Source: Eubacteriales bacterium
Lineage (GTDB): Bacteria > Bacillota > Clostridia > Lachnospirales > JAVBJQ01
DNA length: 64,000 bases
Direction: 5' to 3'
NCBI GenBank assembly: GCA_031546905.1
Contig: JAVBJQ010000002.1
Span: 20,705 to 84,704 of the forward strand
The position numbers were made by a program, and so were the translations under genes. Positions 56,088-64,000 of the stretch are shown here, piece after piece. A model generated the notes under the pieces. The model was not told the DNA's origin, made no database searches, and worked only from the letters and a program-made list of their open reading frames with translations. Position 1 is the stretch's first letter. Each line of letters starts with the position of its first letter.

Positions 56088-57431
56088 ATGATTCACAAAT
56101 TTAAAATGTTTGAAGAAAACATTGTAATGGATATTAATAGTGGAGCGATTCACGAAGTAGATAATTTGATTTATGATGTACTAGATTATTATAAAAGCAA
56201 TTCATTAGTAGAAATAGTAGATAAACTTAAAAATAAATATTCAAAGGAAGAAATAGAAGAAGGTTATGGGGAAATAAAAGAGTTAGAAAGTGCTAATTTG
56301 CTTTATACAGCGGATATTTATGAAGATGATGCTGTAAAAAACCAAATTAAAAAAAGAGCGCCAGTCGTAAAAGCGCTTTGCTTACATATTGCTCATGATT
56401 GTAATTTAAAATGCAAATATTGTTTTGCTTGTGAAGGTGAATATCACGGAAGCCGTTCCCTTATGACGTTTGAAGTTGGCAAAAAAGCAATTGACTTTAT
56501 TATTGAAAATTCAGGCAGTAGGCGAAACCTTGAAATAGACTTTTTTGGTGGAGAACCTTTAATGAACTTCGGTGTTGTAAAAGAAATTGTTACTTATGCA
56601 AGAGAACAAGAAAAAATAGCCAATAAAAAATTTAGGTTTACCCTAACAACCAATGGTATTTTGTTAAACGAAGAAATTCAAAGTTATGTAAATGAAAATA
56701 TGCACAACGTAGTATTAAGTATCGACGGAAGAAAAGAAGTAAATGATAATATGAGAAAACTCCTTGGGAATCAAGGAAGCTATGATATTATTGTCCCAAA
56801 ATTTAAAAAACTGGCAGAAAGCAGAAATCAAGAGAACTATTATGTAAGAGGAACTTTTACCAGTGAAAACTTAGATTTTTCAAATGATGTGCTACACCTT
56901 GCTGATTTAGGATTTAAACAAATTTCTGTTGAACCAGTAGTTGCAGCCAAAGAAGCGCCCTACGCTTTAACAGAAGAGCATATAGAAACATTATTTAAAG
57001 AGTATGAAACACTTGCAGAAACCATGCTGAAAAGAGATGATTTTAACTTCTTTCATTTTAATATCGATTTGACAGGCGGACCTTGTCTTGCAAAACGAGT
57101 GACAGGGTGTGGTGCTGGAAGTGAGTATTTAGCGGTTACACCAACAGGAGAACTTTATCCTTGTCATCAATTTGTTGGAGATGAAGATTTTTTAATGGGT
57201 TCCGTTTTTTCTGGCGTTACGAATGTAGACAGACGTCAAGAATTTGAATGTTGTAATGTGTATTCAAAAAATGAATGTAAGACATGCTTTGCTAAATTTT
57301 ATTGTAGTGGGGGCTGTGCCGCTAACGCATATCAATTTGGTGGGGATATTAATTCTACCTATGAAATAGGCTGTGAGCTACAAAAAAAGAGAATAGAGTG
57401 TGCTATATTTTTAAATGTTAAGAAAAAATAA
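56088..57431 (+). CDS. scfB: SCIFF radical SAM/SPASM thioether-forming maturase
   Basis: CNLKCKYC radical-SAM motif and a C-terminal SPASM Cys cluster (CGAGSEYLAVTPTGELYPCHQF...CKTCFAKFYCSGGC). ATG 56085 or 56088 follows GGGGGA; the track start at 56073 has no SD. Confidence 0.92.
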   Translation: MIHKFKMFEENIVMDINSGAIHEVDNLIYDVLDYYKSNSLVEIVDKLKNKYSKEEIEEGYGEIKELESANLLYTADIYEDDAVKNQIKKRAPVVKALCLHIAHDCNLKCKYCFACEGEYHGSRSLMTFEVGKKAIDFIIENSGSRRNLEIDFFGGEPLMNFGVVKEIVTYAREQEKIANKKFRFTLTTNGILLNEEIQSYVNENMHNVVLSIDGRKEVNDNMRKLLGNQGSYDIIVPKFKKLAESRNQENYYVRGTFTSENLDFSNDVLHLADLGFKQISVEPVVAAKEAPYALTEEHIETLFKEYETLAETMLKRDDFNFFHFNIDLTGGPCLAKRVTGCGAGSEYLAVTPTGELYPCHQFVGDEDFLMGSVFSGVTNVDRRQEFECCNVYSKNECKTCFAKFYCSGGCAANAYQFGGDINSTYEIGCELQKKRIECAIFLNVKKK

Positions 57432-57509
57432 TGGTTGACTAGATTTTTATAAAGGAATATAATTACTCTTAGTGTAAAAAATGAAAAAAAGTCGAATGAA
57501 GGAGGAGTT

Positions 57510-58748
57510 ATGCAAATGAAAGGCAAAGGTACATTAACGCTTTTAATTATTTTTGTTGCTACTGTTGCTGCTGTGGCGTTGTCTTATTTTGGAATAGGAT
57601 CAAAGCACATACTTGGTATTAGCAATATTAAGCAAGGGTTGGACTTAAGTGGAGGTGCTTACATAGTTTATGAAGCAGAAAAAGAAAATCCTTCCGCTAA
57701 TGAAATGAAGTCTGCTATCTCTCTTATTAGAGACAGGCTTGATCGAAAAGGCTATACAGAAGCAGAAGTTGCAGCACAAGGTAGCAAAAGAATTCGTGTT
57801 GATATTCCTGGGGTTGAGGATGCCGATAAGGCTATCGCTGAAATCGGACAAACTGCGCAATTATTGTTTGTTGACCCAGACGGTAAAGTTGTTTTAACAG
57901 GTTCAGATGTAGCAGATGCTAAAAAAGATGTAGGTACTACAAAACAAGGCGGAATTGCAGAACCATATGTAAGCTTAACTTTTACAGAACAAGGGAAAAA
58001 GGCATTTGCGGAAGCTACTTCAAGACTTATTGGAAAGCAAATATCTATCGTGCTTGACAATGGAATTATTAGTGCTCCTACTGTAAATGATCCAATTACA
58101 GATGGAAAAGCAATTATTTCAGGTAGCTTTACAGCACAAGGTGCTGAAGATCTTGCGGCTTTAATTCGTGCTGGTTCTCTTCCTTTTAATTTAAAAGTCC
58201 TTGAAATGAATAATATTGGTGCTAAATTAGGTGCCAATGCTTTAAGTAGCAGTATTTTAGCAGGTATTATTGGTACTGTTCTTGTTCTTTTATTCATGGC
58301 ATTTATTTATAGACTTCCAGGTCTTGCAGCTGACTGGGCGTTAATTTTATACACTGGGTTACTCCTTTTAGTGTTAAGTTTATTTAGAGTTACATTAACT
58401 TTGCCAGGGATTGCGGGAATTATTCTTTCCATTGGTATGGCAGTTGATGCCAACGTTATTATATTTGAAAGAATGAAAGAAGAAGTTGCGGCGGGAAAAA
58501 CAGTCCGTGTTGCAATTGATGCAGGTTTTGAAAGAGCACTTCCAGCTATTCTAGACAGTAATGTAACAACCATTATTGCAGCGGTTGTTTTATACTTTTT
58601 GGGTACTGGCCCTATTAAAGGGTTTGCTCAAACTTTAATTATTGGTATTATTATTTCTATGTTTACAGCACTTTTCATTACAAGGTCTATTCTTAAAGGT
58701 CTTAGTTCTTCTGGAATTAATAACCCTAAATTATATACTGCGAGATAG
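57510..58748 (+). CDS. secD: Protein translocase subunit SecD
   Basis: GLDLSGG motif, periplasmic-type domain and C-terminal six-TM bundle. GGAGGAG SD. Confidence 0.95.
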   Translation: MQMKGKGTLTLLIIFVATVAAVALSYFGIGSKHILGISNIKQGLDLSGGAYIVYEAEKENPSANEMKSAISLIRDRLDRKGYTEAEVAAQGSKRIRVDIPGVEDADKAIAEIGQTAQLLFVDPDGKVVLTGSDVADAKKDVGTTKQGGIAEPYVSLTFTEQGKKAFAEATSRLIGKQISIVLDNGIISAPTVNDPITDGKAIISGSFTAQGAEDLAALIRAGSLPFNLKVLEMNNIGAKLGANALSSSILAGIIGTVLVLLFMAFIYRLPGLAADWALILYTGLLLLVLSLFRVTLTLPGIAGIILSIGMAVDANVIIFERMKEEVAAGKTVRVAIDAGFERALPAILDSNVTTIIAAVVLYFLGTGPIKGFAQTLIIGIIISMFTALFITRSILKGLSSSGINNPKLYTAR

Positions 58749-58758
58749 GGGGAGAAAA

Positions 58759-59643
58759 ATGAATATTATAAAATATAGAATGACATATTTAGTTATTTCA
58801 GCTATTATCATTTTAGGCGGAATACTTGCAATGCCAATTAATGGCATGATGGGGAAAAGTATTTTAAATTATGATATTGAATTTGCTGGCGGTACTTCCT
58901 TGCTTTTTAATATTGGACAAGATTTTAATAACGATGATATTGCAAAAGTAGTGAAAGATGTTACAGGACAAACTGCTCCTCAAATTCAAAAGGTGGTTGG
59001 TAGCAATGAAGTTTCTGTTAAACTCCAAACCATTCAAAAAGAGCAAAGAGATAAAATTACAGCGGAATTAAAAGCAAAATATCCATCTTCTGAACTTTTA
59101 AATACAGCAGATATTAGTGCCACAATTAGTGGGGAGATGCAAAAAGCAGCTTTGCTCGCTATTGTTATTGCTTGTATTGCCATGCTGATTTACATTTCTC
59201 TTAGATTTAAAGATATTAAAATTGGTAGTAGTGCTATCTTGGCTTTATTACATGACGTTTTGATTGTTTTCGCAGTTTATTCTGTTTTTAGAGTTCCTGT
59301 GAATAATTCTTTCGTAGCGGCCATTCTTACTATTTTAGGATTTTCTATTAATGCGACTATTGTTATTTTTGACAGAGTTCGTGAAAATAAAAAACGTATG
59401 AAGAGATCAGAAGTGGAAGAACTTATTAATAAAAGTGTTTCTCAAACATTAAGACGTTCTATCTTTACTTCTTTAACCGTTATATTTACAATTACTGCCC
59501 TTTATATTCTTGGAGTTCAGTCCATGAAAGAATTTACATTCCCTCTTATTATTGGGGTTGTATGTGGTACTTATTCTTCAGTTTGTGTTGCGGGTTCTTT
59601 ATGGTATACATTTATGATGAATGCTTCTAAAAAAGCAAATTAA
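58759..59643 (+). CDS. secF: Protein translocase subunit SecF
   Basis: Start moved to ATG 58759, after GGGGGAG. Typical SecF motifs (IEFAGGT, DRVREN). Confidence 0.95.
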   Translation: MNIIKYRMTYLVISAIIILGGILAMPINGMMGKSILNYDIEFAGGTSLLFNIGQDFNNDDIAKVVKDVTGQTAPQIQKVVGSNEVSVKLQTIQKEQRDKITAELKAKYPSSELLNTADISATISGEMQKAALLAIVIACIAMLIYISLRFKDIKIGSSAILALLHDVLIVFAVYSVFRVPVNNSFVAAILTILGFSINATIVIFDRVRENKKRMKRSEVEELINKSVSQTLRRSIFTSLTVIFTITALYILGVQSMKEFTFPLIIGVVCGTYSSVCVAGSLWYTFMMNASKKAN

Positions 59644-59650
59644 AGATATG

Positions 59651-59686
59651 AGACGGGTTTGATAATACAAACCCGTCTTTATTTTA
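59651..59686 (+). terminator. Intrinsic terminator after secF
   Basis: AGACGGGTTTG-ATAATAC-CAAACCCGTCT followed by TTATTTT. Confidence 0.82.
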
Positions 59687-59714
59687 ATTACATAAAATGA
59701 TTTAAGGTGATAGT

Positions 59715-61484
59715 ATGAAATGGATTCTTAAAAAAAATAAAATGAATTTAAAGCTTATGTCTGAAACACTTGGCATAAGTGAGGTTTTTGCTGCTGTGCT
59801 TTCTAACAGGGCAATTGATAATAAAAATAGTGCCATAAGCTTTATAACACCCAAGATGGAAAATTTACACAATACTTTTTTAATGCACCATATAGAAAAG
59901 GCAATAAAAATTATCGTAGACAGCGTAAAGGAAAATGAAAAAATTGCAGTGTATGGGGACTATGATGTTGACGGTGTAATGAGTAGTGTCATTCTTTACA
60001 AAACCCTAAAACAATTTGGTGCTGATGTAATTCATTATATCCCCAATAGAGAAAAAGAAGGCTATGGACTTAATGTAAGTGCAGTCCACTATCTCAAATC
60101 AATTGGTGTTGATGTTATATTTACTTGTGATAATGGAATATCTTCTGTAGAAGAAATTGAAGAAGCTAAAAAATTAGGAATGAAAGTAATTATTTTAGAC
60201 CATCATGAACCACGGTTTATTGTTAATCATGAAGGGGACCGAATTGATATTATTCCTGAAGCAGATGCTGTCATCGACCCAAAACAAAAGATTTGTGAAT
60301 ATCCATTTAAGTCTTTATGTGCAGGTGGCATTTCCTACAAGTTTGCAGTTGCTTTTTGTGAATATGTGGACATGGACATAGATCAAGATGAATTGCTTAT
60401 TTTTGCGGCAATTGCAACGGTTTGTGATATTGTAGATTTAGTAGATGAAAATCGAATTATTGTTAAAAACGCACTGGAGAAATTTCCAAGTGCAAACAAC
60501 AAAGGGCTTCTGGCATTACTTGCTGTTTGTGATATTAATATTACCGAAGTTACCTCCTATACAATAGGTTTTAGAATCGGTCCCTGCATTAACGCTGCTG
60601 GTAGGTTAGAAGCTGCAAGAATTTCTGTCCTTATGTTTTTGGAAGAAGATGAAGTGATTGCAAAGCAATATGCAGAAAAGTTATTTGAATTAAATAACGA
60701 AAGAAAAAATTTAACTACCTATGCAGTGGAACGAATTATTAATAAAGTAGAAAATGACGATTTAAAAAATAATAAAGTAATCGTTGCTTATGATGAGGAA
60801 ATTCATGAGAGTATAGCTGGCATTGTAGCTGGAAAAGTAAAAGAAAAATATTATAAACCTACTATTATTTTGACAAAATCAGACAAGTTTGTAAAAGGCT
60901 CAGGAAGAAGCATAGAAGGATACAATATTTTTGAAAATTTACTTGAGTGTGTTAGTTTGCTTGAAAAGTTCGGCGGACATAGTATGGCAGCAGGGCTTAC
61001 CATGAAATATGAAAATATAGAGACGTTAAATCATCTTCTAAATGAAAAGTGTACCCTTACTGATGAAGATTATATTGTAAAATTGAAAGTGGAAAAAATA
61101 ATTTTATTAGATGATATTACGATGGATGTTGCCAATGAGATTAAACTTTTGGAGCCATTTGGAAAGGCCAATGAAAGTCCGCTTTTTGCTTCTCAGCATG
61201 TCCAATTGGTTAAACTTGATTTTATTGGTAGTTTAAAGCGAATCCTTAAATTGACTTTTAAATCTGAAAATAACAATTTTATTAGTGGTATTTGTTTCGA
61301 TGGGTATGATTTGTTTTCAAAAATAATGTGGGAACATTTTAGAGATGATTTTGAAAATATAATGCAGGGTGTATTAATAAACTCAAAAATAGTTTTAGAC
61401 ATAGTTTACTATATGGATATTAATGTGTATAATGGTAATAAATATTTACAACTAAAGTTAAAGGATTTTAGAATAAGTTCTTAA
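59715..61484 (+). CDS. recJ: Single-stranded-DNA-specific exonuclease RecJ
   Basis: DHH motifs (VYGDYDVDG, DNG, LDHH) and a DHHA1 region (GGHSMAAG). Confidence 0.93.
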   Translation: MKWILKKNKMNLKLMSETLGISEVFAAVLSNRAIDNKNSAISFITPKMENLHNTFLMHHIEKAIKIIVDSVKENEKIAVYGDYDVDGVMSSVILYKTLKQFGADVIHYIPNREKEGYGLNVSAVHYLKSIGVDVIFTCDNGISSVEEIEEAKKLGMKVIILDHHEPRFIVNHEGDRIDIIPEADAVIDPKQKICEYPFKSLCAGGISYKFAVAFCEYVDMDIDQDELLIFAAIATVCDIVDLVDENRIIVKNALEKFPSANNKGLLALLAVCDINITEVTSYTIGFRIGPCINAAGRLEAARISVLMFLEEDEVIAKQYAEKLFELNNERKNLTTYAVERIINKVENDDLKNNKVIVAYDEEIHESIAGIVAGKVKEKYYKPTIILTKSDKFVKGSGRSIEGYNIFENLLECVSLLEKFGGHSMAAGLTMKYENIETLNHLLNEKCTLTDEDYIVKLKVEKIILLDDITMDVANEIKLLEPFGKANESPLFASQHVQLVKLDFIGSLKRILKLTFKSENNNFISGICFDGYDLFSKIMWEHFRDDFENIMQGVLINSKIVLDIVYYMDINVYNGNKYLQLKLKDFRISS

Positions 61485-61509
61485 CGGTTTATTTTTTGGA
61501 GGTTTTTTT

Positions 61510-62022
61510 ATGGATTTATCAAAAGTTATTAGAGATGTTCAAGATTTTCCCGAGCCAGGTATTTTATTTCGTGATATTACGCCTATTTTACATAATCCTG
61601 AATATTTAAGAGATTCAGTCGACCAAATGGAAAAAAAGCTCAAAGATTTGGATTTTGACTTTATTGTTGGACCGGAATCAAGAGGTTTTATTTTTGGCGT
61701 TCCTTTGAGCTACAATATGAATAAGGGTTTTATTCCTATCAGAAAAGCTGGAAAACTTCCCTTTGAAACAGTAAAAAAAGAATATTCTTTGGAATATGGA
61801 CATGCTACAATAGAAATGCACATTGATGCTATTAAACCAGGCCAAAAAGTTGTTATTGCAGACGACCTTTTAGCTACTGGAGGAACTTGTAAAGCCATTA
61901 CAGAACTAGTAGAAGAAGCTGGTGGTGAAGTTGTAGGAATGATTTTTTTAATCGAACTTGAAGGGTTAAATGGTAGAGAAATCCTCGGAGATTATAACAT
62001 TCATTCCGTTATTCAATATTAA
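61510..62022 (+). CDS. apt: Adenine phosphoribosyltransferase
   Basis: FPEPGILFRDITP and the PRPP-binding motif VVIADDLLATGGT. Confidence 0.97.
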   Translation: MDLSKVIRDVQDFPEPGILFRDITPILHNPEYLRDSVDQMEKKLKDLDFDFIVGPESRGFIFGVPLSYNMNKGFIPIRKAGKLPFETVKKEYSLEYGHATIEMHIDAIKPGQKVVIADDLLATGGTCKAITELVEEAGGEVVGMIFLIELEGLNGREILGDYNIHSVIQY

Positions 62023-62046
62023 ATAAAAATATAAAATATAAAATAA

Positions 62047-62076
62047 GATGACTTTCAATAGAAGGTCATTTTTTTA
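62047..62076 (+). terminator. Intrinsic terminator after apt
   Basis: ATGACTTTC-AATA-GAAGGTCAT followed by T7. Confidence 0.7.
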
Positions 62077-62289
62077 TTGAATTATTATTGGTTAAAGTAC
62101 ATAAAAAAACATTTAATACTTGTGCATAGTTACAATCAGATTTATAAAAATATGAACAATTTTATCAATTGCAATTAATATTAATGTTTTTAAAAAAGGA
62201 ATAATTTACTAATGATACTATTTGTTATCTAATTAATATAGGTTCGTTGGGTATCAATGATTTAATATATTATTTTAGGGAGGAAAAAA

Positions 62290-64000
62290 ATGAAGTCAAA
62301 GTCCAAGTTTAAAATTTTATCAGGTTTTATTTCGGCATTGCTTTTTTTTAGTACTGCTGTTGGGGGAGTTGTTTTACCAACTGTTTCGGTTCATGCGGCA
62401 CCAAAGGAGATAGCGAGAGGTGCAAAGATTGATCAACTGTTTCCCAGTGATGGAAGTGAGAGAAATTTAAATGAAGGTGAAAGAGGACAGTTCAAAGATA
62501 CTTTTTATATGAAAACCTATGGTGCAGTTCCTTATTTTGTAAATGAAGACCCCACATTTAAAAAACCTGTTGCAATGGAGTCAAGTGCACAGGCTTATGT
62601 TGAACAAAATGTTCCTATTGCAGACAGAGATATAGGTGTATTAGCATTTGGTAATATTAAGGATGCCGAATCAACGATTAAAAAGCAAAGTGCATATATT
62701 CCAATTGATGCAACAAATTACAAAGATTTAACTTTTAGTATTAAGTTTAGACAAAAGGCCACTGGTAGTGATCCTGACCCAGCTAAGTTTCCTGATTTAA
62801 ATAATACAGCAAAGGTTAGTTGTATTATTGAATATTCGGTTGATGGTGGCAAGACTTATCAAGAAATAAGAAAAATTAATAACAAAGGTGGTAACACGGC
62901 TTCTACAACAAATAAGACTCTCCCAACTTATATAGCTTTTTATACTCCTGAAAGTGATAGCTATAAAGATTATGCTTTAAATAAATTAAATACAAAAGGT
63001 ACAAGGTTACCACTTGAGGATGATGATACAGTTTATCTCGCTGGTGCTGACTTTAAGTCTGATGTACGTGTGCGATTTAGAACTTGTATATATGAAAATT
63101 CTACAGAAGATTCAGGAAATCCCGATGTCTCTGTAGCAAGGGCTTATGAAGCTGAAAAAAATGCAATTAATGCTCTTAATTATATCGCTTTTGATAACTT
63201 GACTATATCAGGGACATACACTCCTGCACACCCAGTTGACCCAACAGGTGTTCAAGTCAGTTCTGAAACCTTAAGTCTAATACAAAACAAAACATCCCAA
63301 CTTTCAGCAACTGTGCTTCCTGCCAATGCAAATAACAAAGAGATACAATGGCGTTCTAGCAATGAAAACATTGCCACAGTCTCATCAGACGGTCTTATTA
63401 CGGCATTAAGCACTGGAAAAGTAGATATTTATGCCAAAAACCCTCAATCGGGATTTGAGGGAAAATGTGTGGTAACAGTTAATGCGGAAATACCTTCAAC
63501 AAGATTAATGACCTCATTTGCTTTTACGGAACCTAGGTCAGTTGGAATTATTGATATGGTTAACAGCGTTATTAATGTAAGAGTTCCAGTTGGAACAGAT
63601 AAAACGAAACTAGTTGCTAATTTTTATTTACCAAATGTTTCTCCAGAGGGTACAATTACAGTAAATGGAGTAACGCAGACAAGTGGGGTTACAAAAAATG
63701 ATTTTACAGCTCCGGTGAAGTACGTGGTTAAAAACATATCAAATGATACAACGGAATATACAGTTAATGTGGTAGACCGTAATGAAGCGGATAGTGCAAA
63801 TGATACTTATATTGTTTCAACCCCGGATGAAATATTGGCGTTAAATAAAATATTAAAACCTGGTGACACAGTTGTAATGAAAAATGGCGATTGGAATGAT
63901 TCGGATATACTTTTAGCAGCTGATGGTTTAGCAGAAAAACCAATAACCATACGTGCGGAAACAAAAGATGGAGTAGTGTTAAAAGGTGCTTCAAGAATAA
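62290..64000 (+). CDS. Secreted multidomain protein: signal peptide, unknown N-terminal domain, Big_2 Ig-like domain, second Ig-like module, then the start of a PL6-type (alginate/chondroitin-B lyase-like) beta-helix. 3' end lies outside the window
   Basis: Not in the ORF track because no stop occurs before the window end. GGGAGG SD. My translation is open for 570 codons. Big_2-like VSSETLSLIQNKTSQLSATVLPANANNKEIQWRSSNENIATVSSDGLITALSTGKVDIYAK. PL6-like N-terminus ...LKPGDTVVMKNGDWNDSDILLAADGLAEKPITIRAETKDGVVLKG. Confidence 0.7.
   Translation, partial: MKSKSKFKILSGFISALLFFSTAVGGVVLPTVSVHAAPKEIARGAKIDQLFPSDGSERNLNEGERGQFKDTFYMKTYGAVPYFVNEDPTFKKPVAMESSAQAYVEQNVPIADRDIGVLAFGNIKDAESTIKKQSAYIPIDATNYKDLTFSIKFRQKATGSDPDPAKFPDLNNTAKVSCIIEYSVDGGKTYQEIRKINNKGGNTASTTNKTLPTYIAFYTPESDSYKDYALNKLNTKGTRLPLEDDDTVYLAGADFKSDVRVRFRTCIYENSTEDSGNPDVSVARAYEAEKNAINALNYIAFDNLTISGTYTPAHPVDPTGVQVSSETLSLIQNKTSQLSATVLPANANNKEIQWRSSNENIATVSSDGLITALSTGKVDIYAKNPQSGFEGKCVVTVNAEIPSTRLMTSFAFTEPRSVGIIDMVNSVINVRVPVGTDKTKLVANFYLPNVSPEGTITVNGVTQTSGVTKNDFTAPVKYVVKNISNDTTEYTVNVVDRNEADSANDTYIVSTPDEILALNKILKPGDTVVMKNGDWNDSDILLAADGLAEKPITIRAETKDGVVLKGASRI

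Noticed and set aside
57752-58297. 181-aa minus-strand ORF, plus similar long antisense ORFs at 4911-5459, 22070-22513, 52854-53288 and 53623-53940
   Set aside because: Each lies entirely antisense to a well-supported conserved gene (secD, the Cys-rich ORF, dnaK, holA, fliC). None has an SD, and their composition (Ser/Pro/Ala-rich or low complexity) is typical of shadow frames.
62167-62176. 10-bp palindrome AATTGCAATT in the promoter region of the lyase gene
   Set aside because: A short AT-rich palindrome in an AT-rich spacer. It has no second copy and no recognisable operator family.
1-64000. Search for CRISPR arrays, tRNA/rRNA genes, IS elements, integrases, prophage or toxin-antitoxin/defence cassettes
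   Set aside because: I saw no direct-repeat/spacer periodicity, cloverleaf-capable segments, transposase- or recombinase-like ORFs, or terminal inverted repeats. Gene content and tight operon spacing look like core chromosome throughout.

Overview
This window looks like core chromosome from a low-GC Firmicute of clostridial type. I found no rRNA, tRNA, CRISPR array, transposase or integrase. Recognisable genes include glyA, htpG, topB, hrcA-grpE-dnaK-dnaJ, rpsF-ssb-rpsR, lepA, hemW, an nfnAB-like pair, murG-galK-galE, a comEA...comEC-holA block, a lone flagellin, secDF-recJ-apt, and a secreted PL6-like lyase cut off by the window end.

Two real features are missing from the ORF track:
- A 46-codon six-cysteine SCIFF/ranthipeptide precursor at 55860-56000, directly upstream of its radical-SAM/SPASM maturase.
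- The long open frame running from 62290 to the window end.

Regulatory sites readable from the sequence:
- Two perfect CIRCE (HrcA) operators. One is at hrcA. The other is unexpectedly upstream of htpG and overlaps the stop codon of the preceding ORF.
- A LexA (Cheo-type) box in front of a radical-SAM + DUF4130-like putative DNA repair pair.
- A sigmaD-like promoter for the flagellin.
- A sigmaK-like promoter for a proline-repeat, diiron-domain probable spore-coat protein.

The least explained signal is a conserved leader motif, TTTTAGTGrGrTTTAACAAAT...GTTAAACC, placed 8 nt before the SD of both nfnA and comEA. A third, degenerate copy sits next to a candidate small RNA.

Other oddities:
- Three genes whose best-supported start codons are ATT or ATA.
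- An RR-HK-GerMN module inserted into the comE operon.
- An 81-bp convergent gene overlap.

Everything here comes from reading the sequence and from remembered family signatures. No searches were run.
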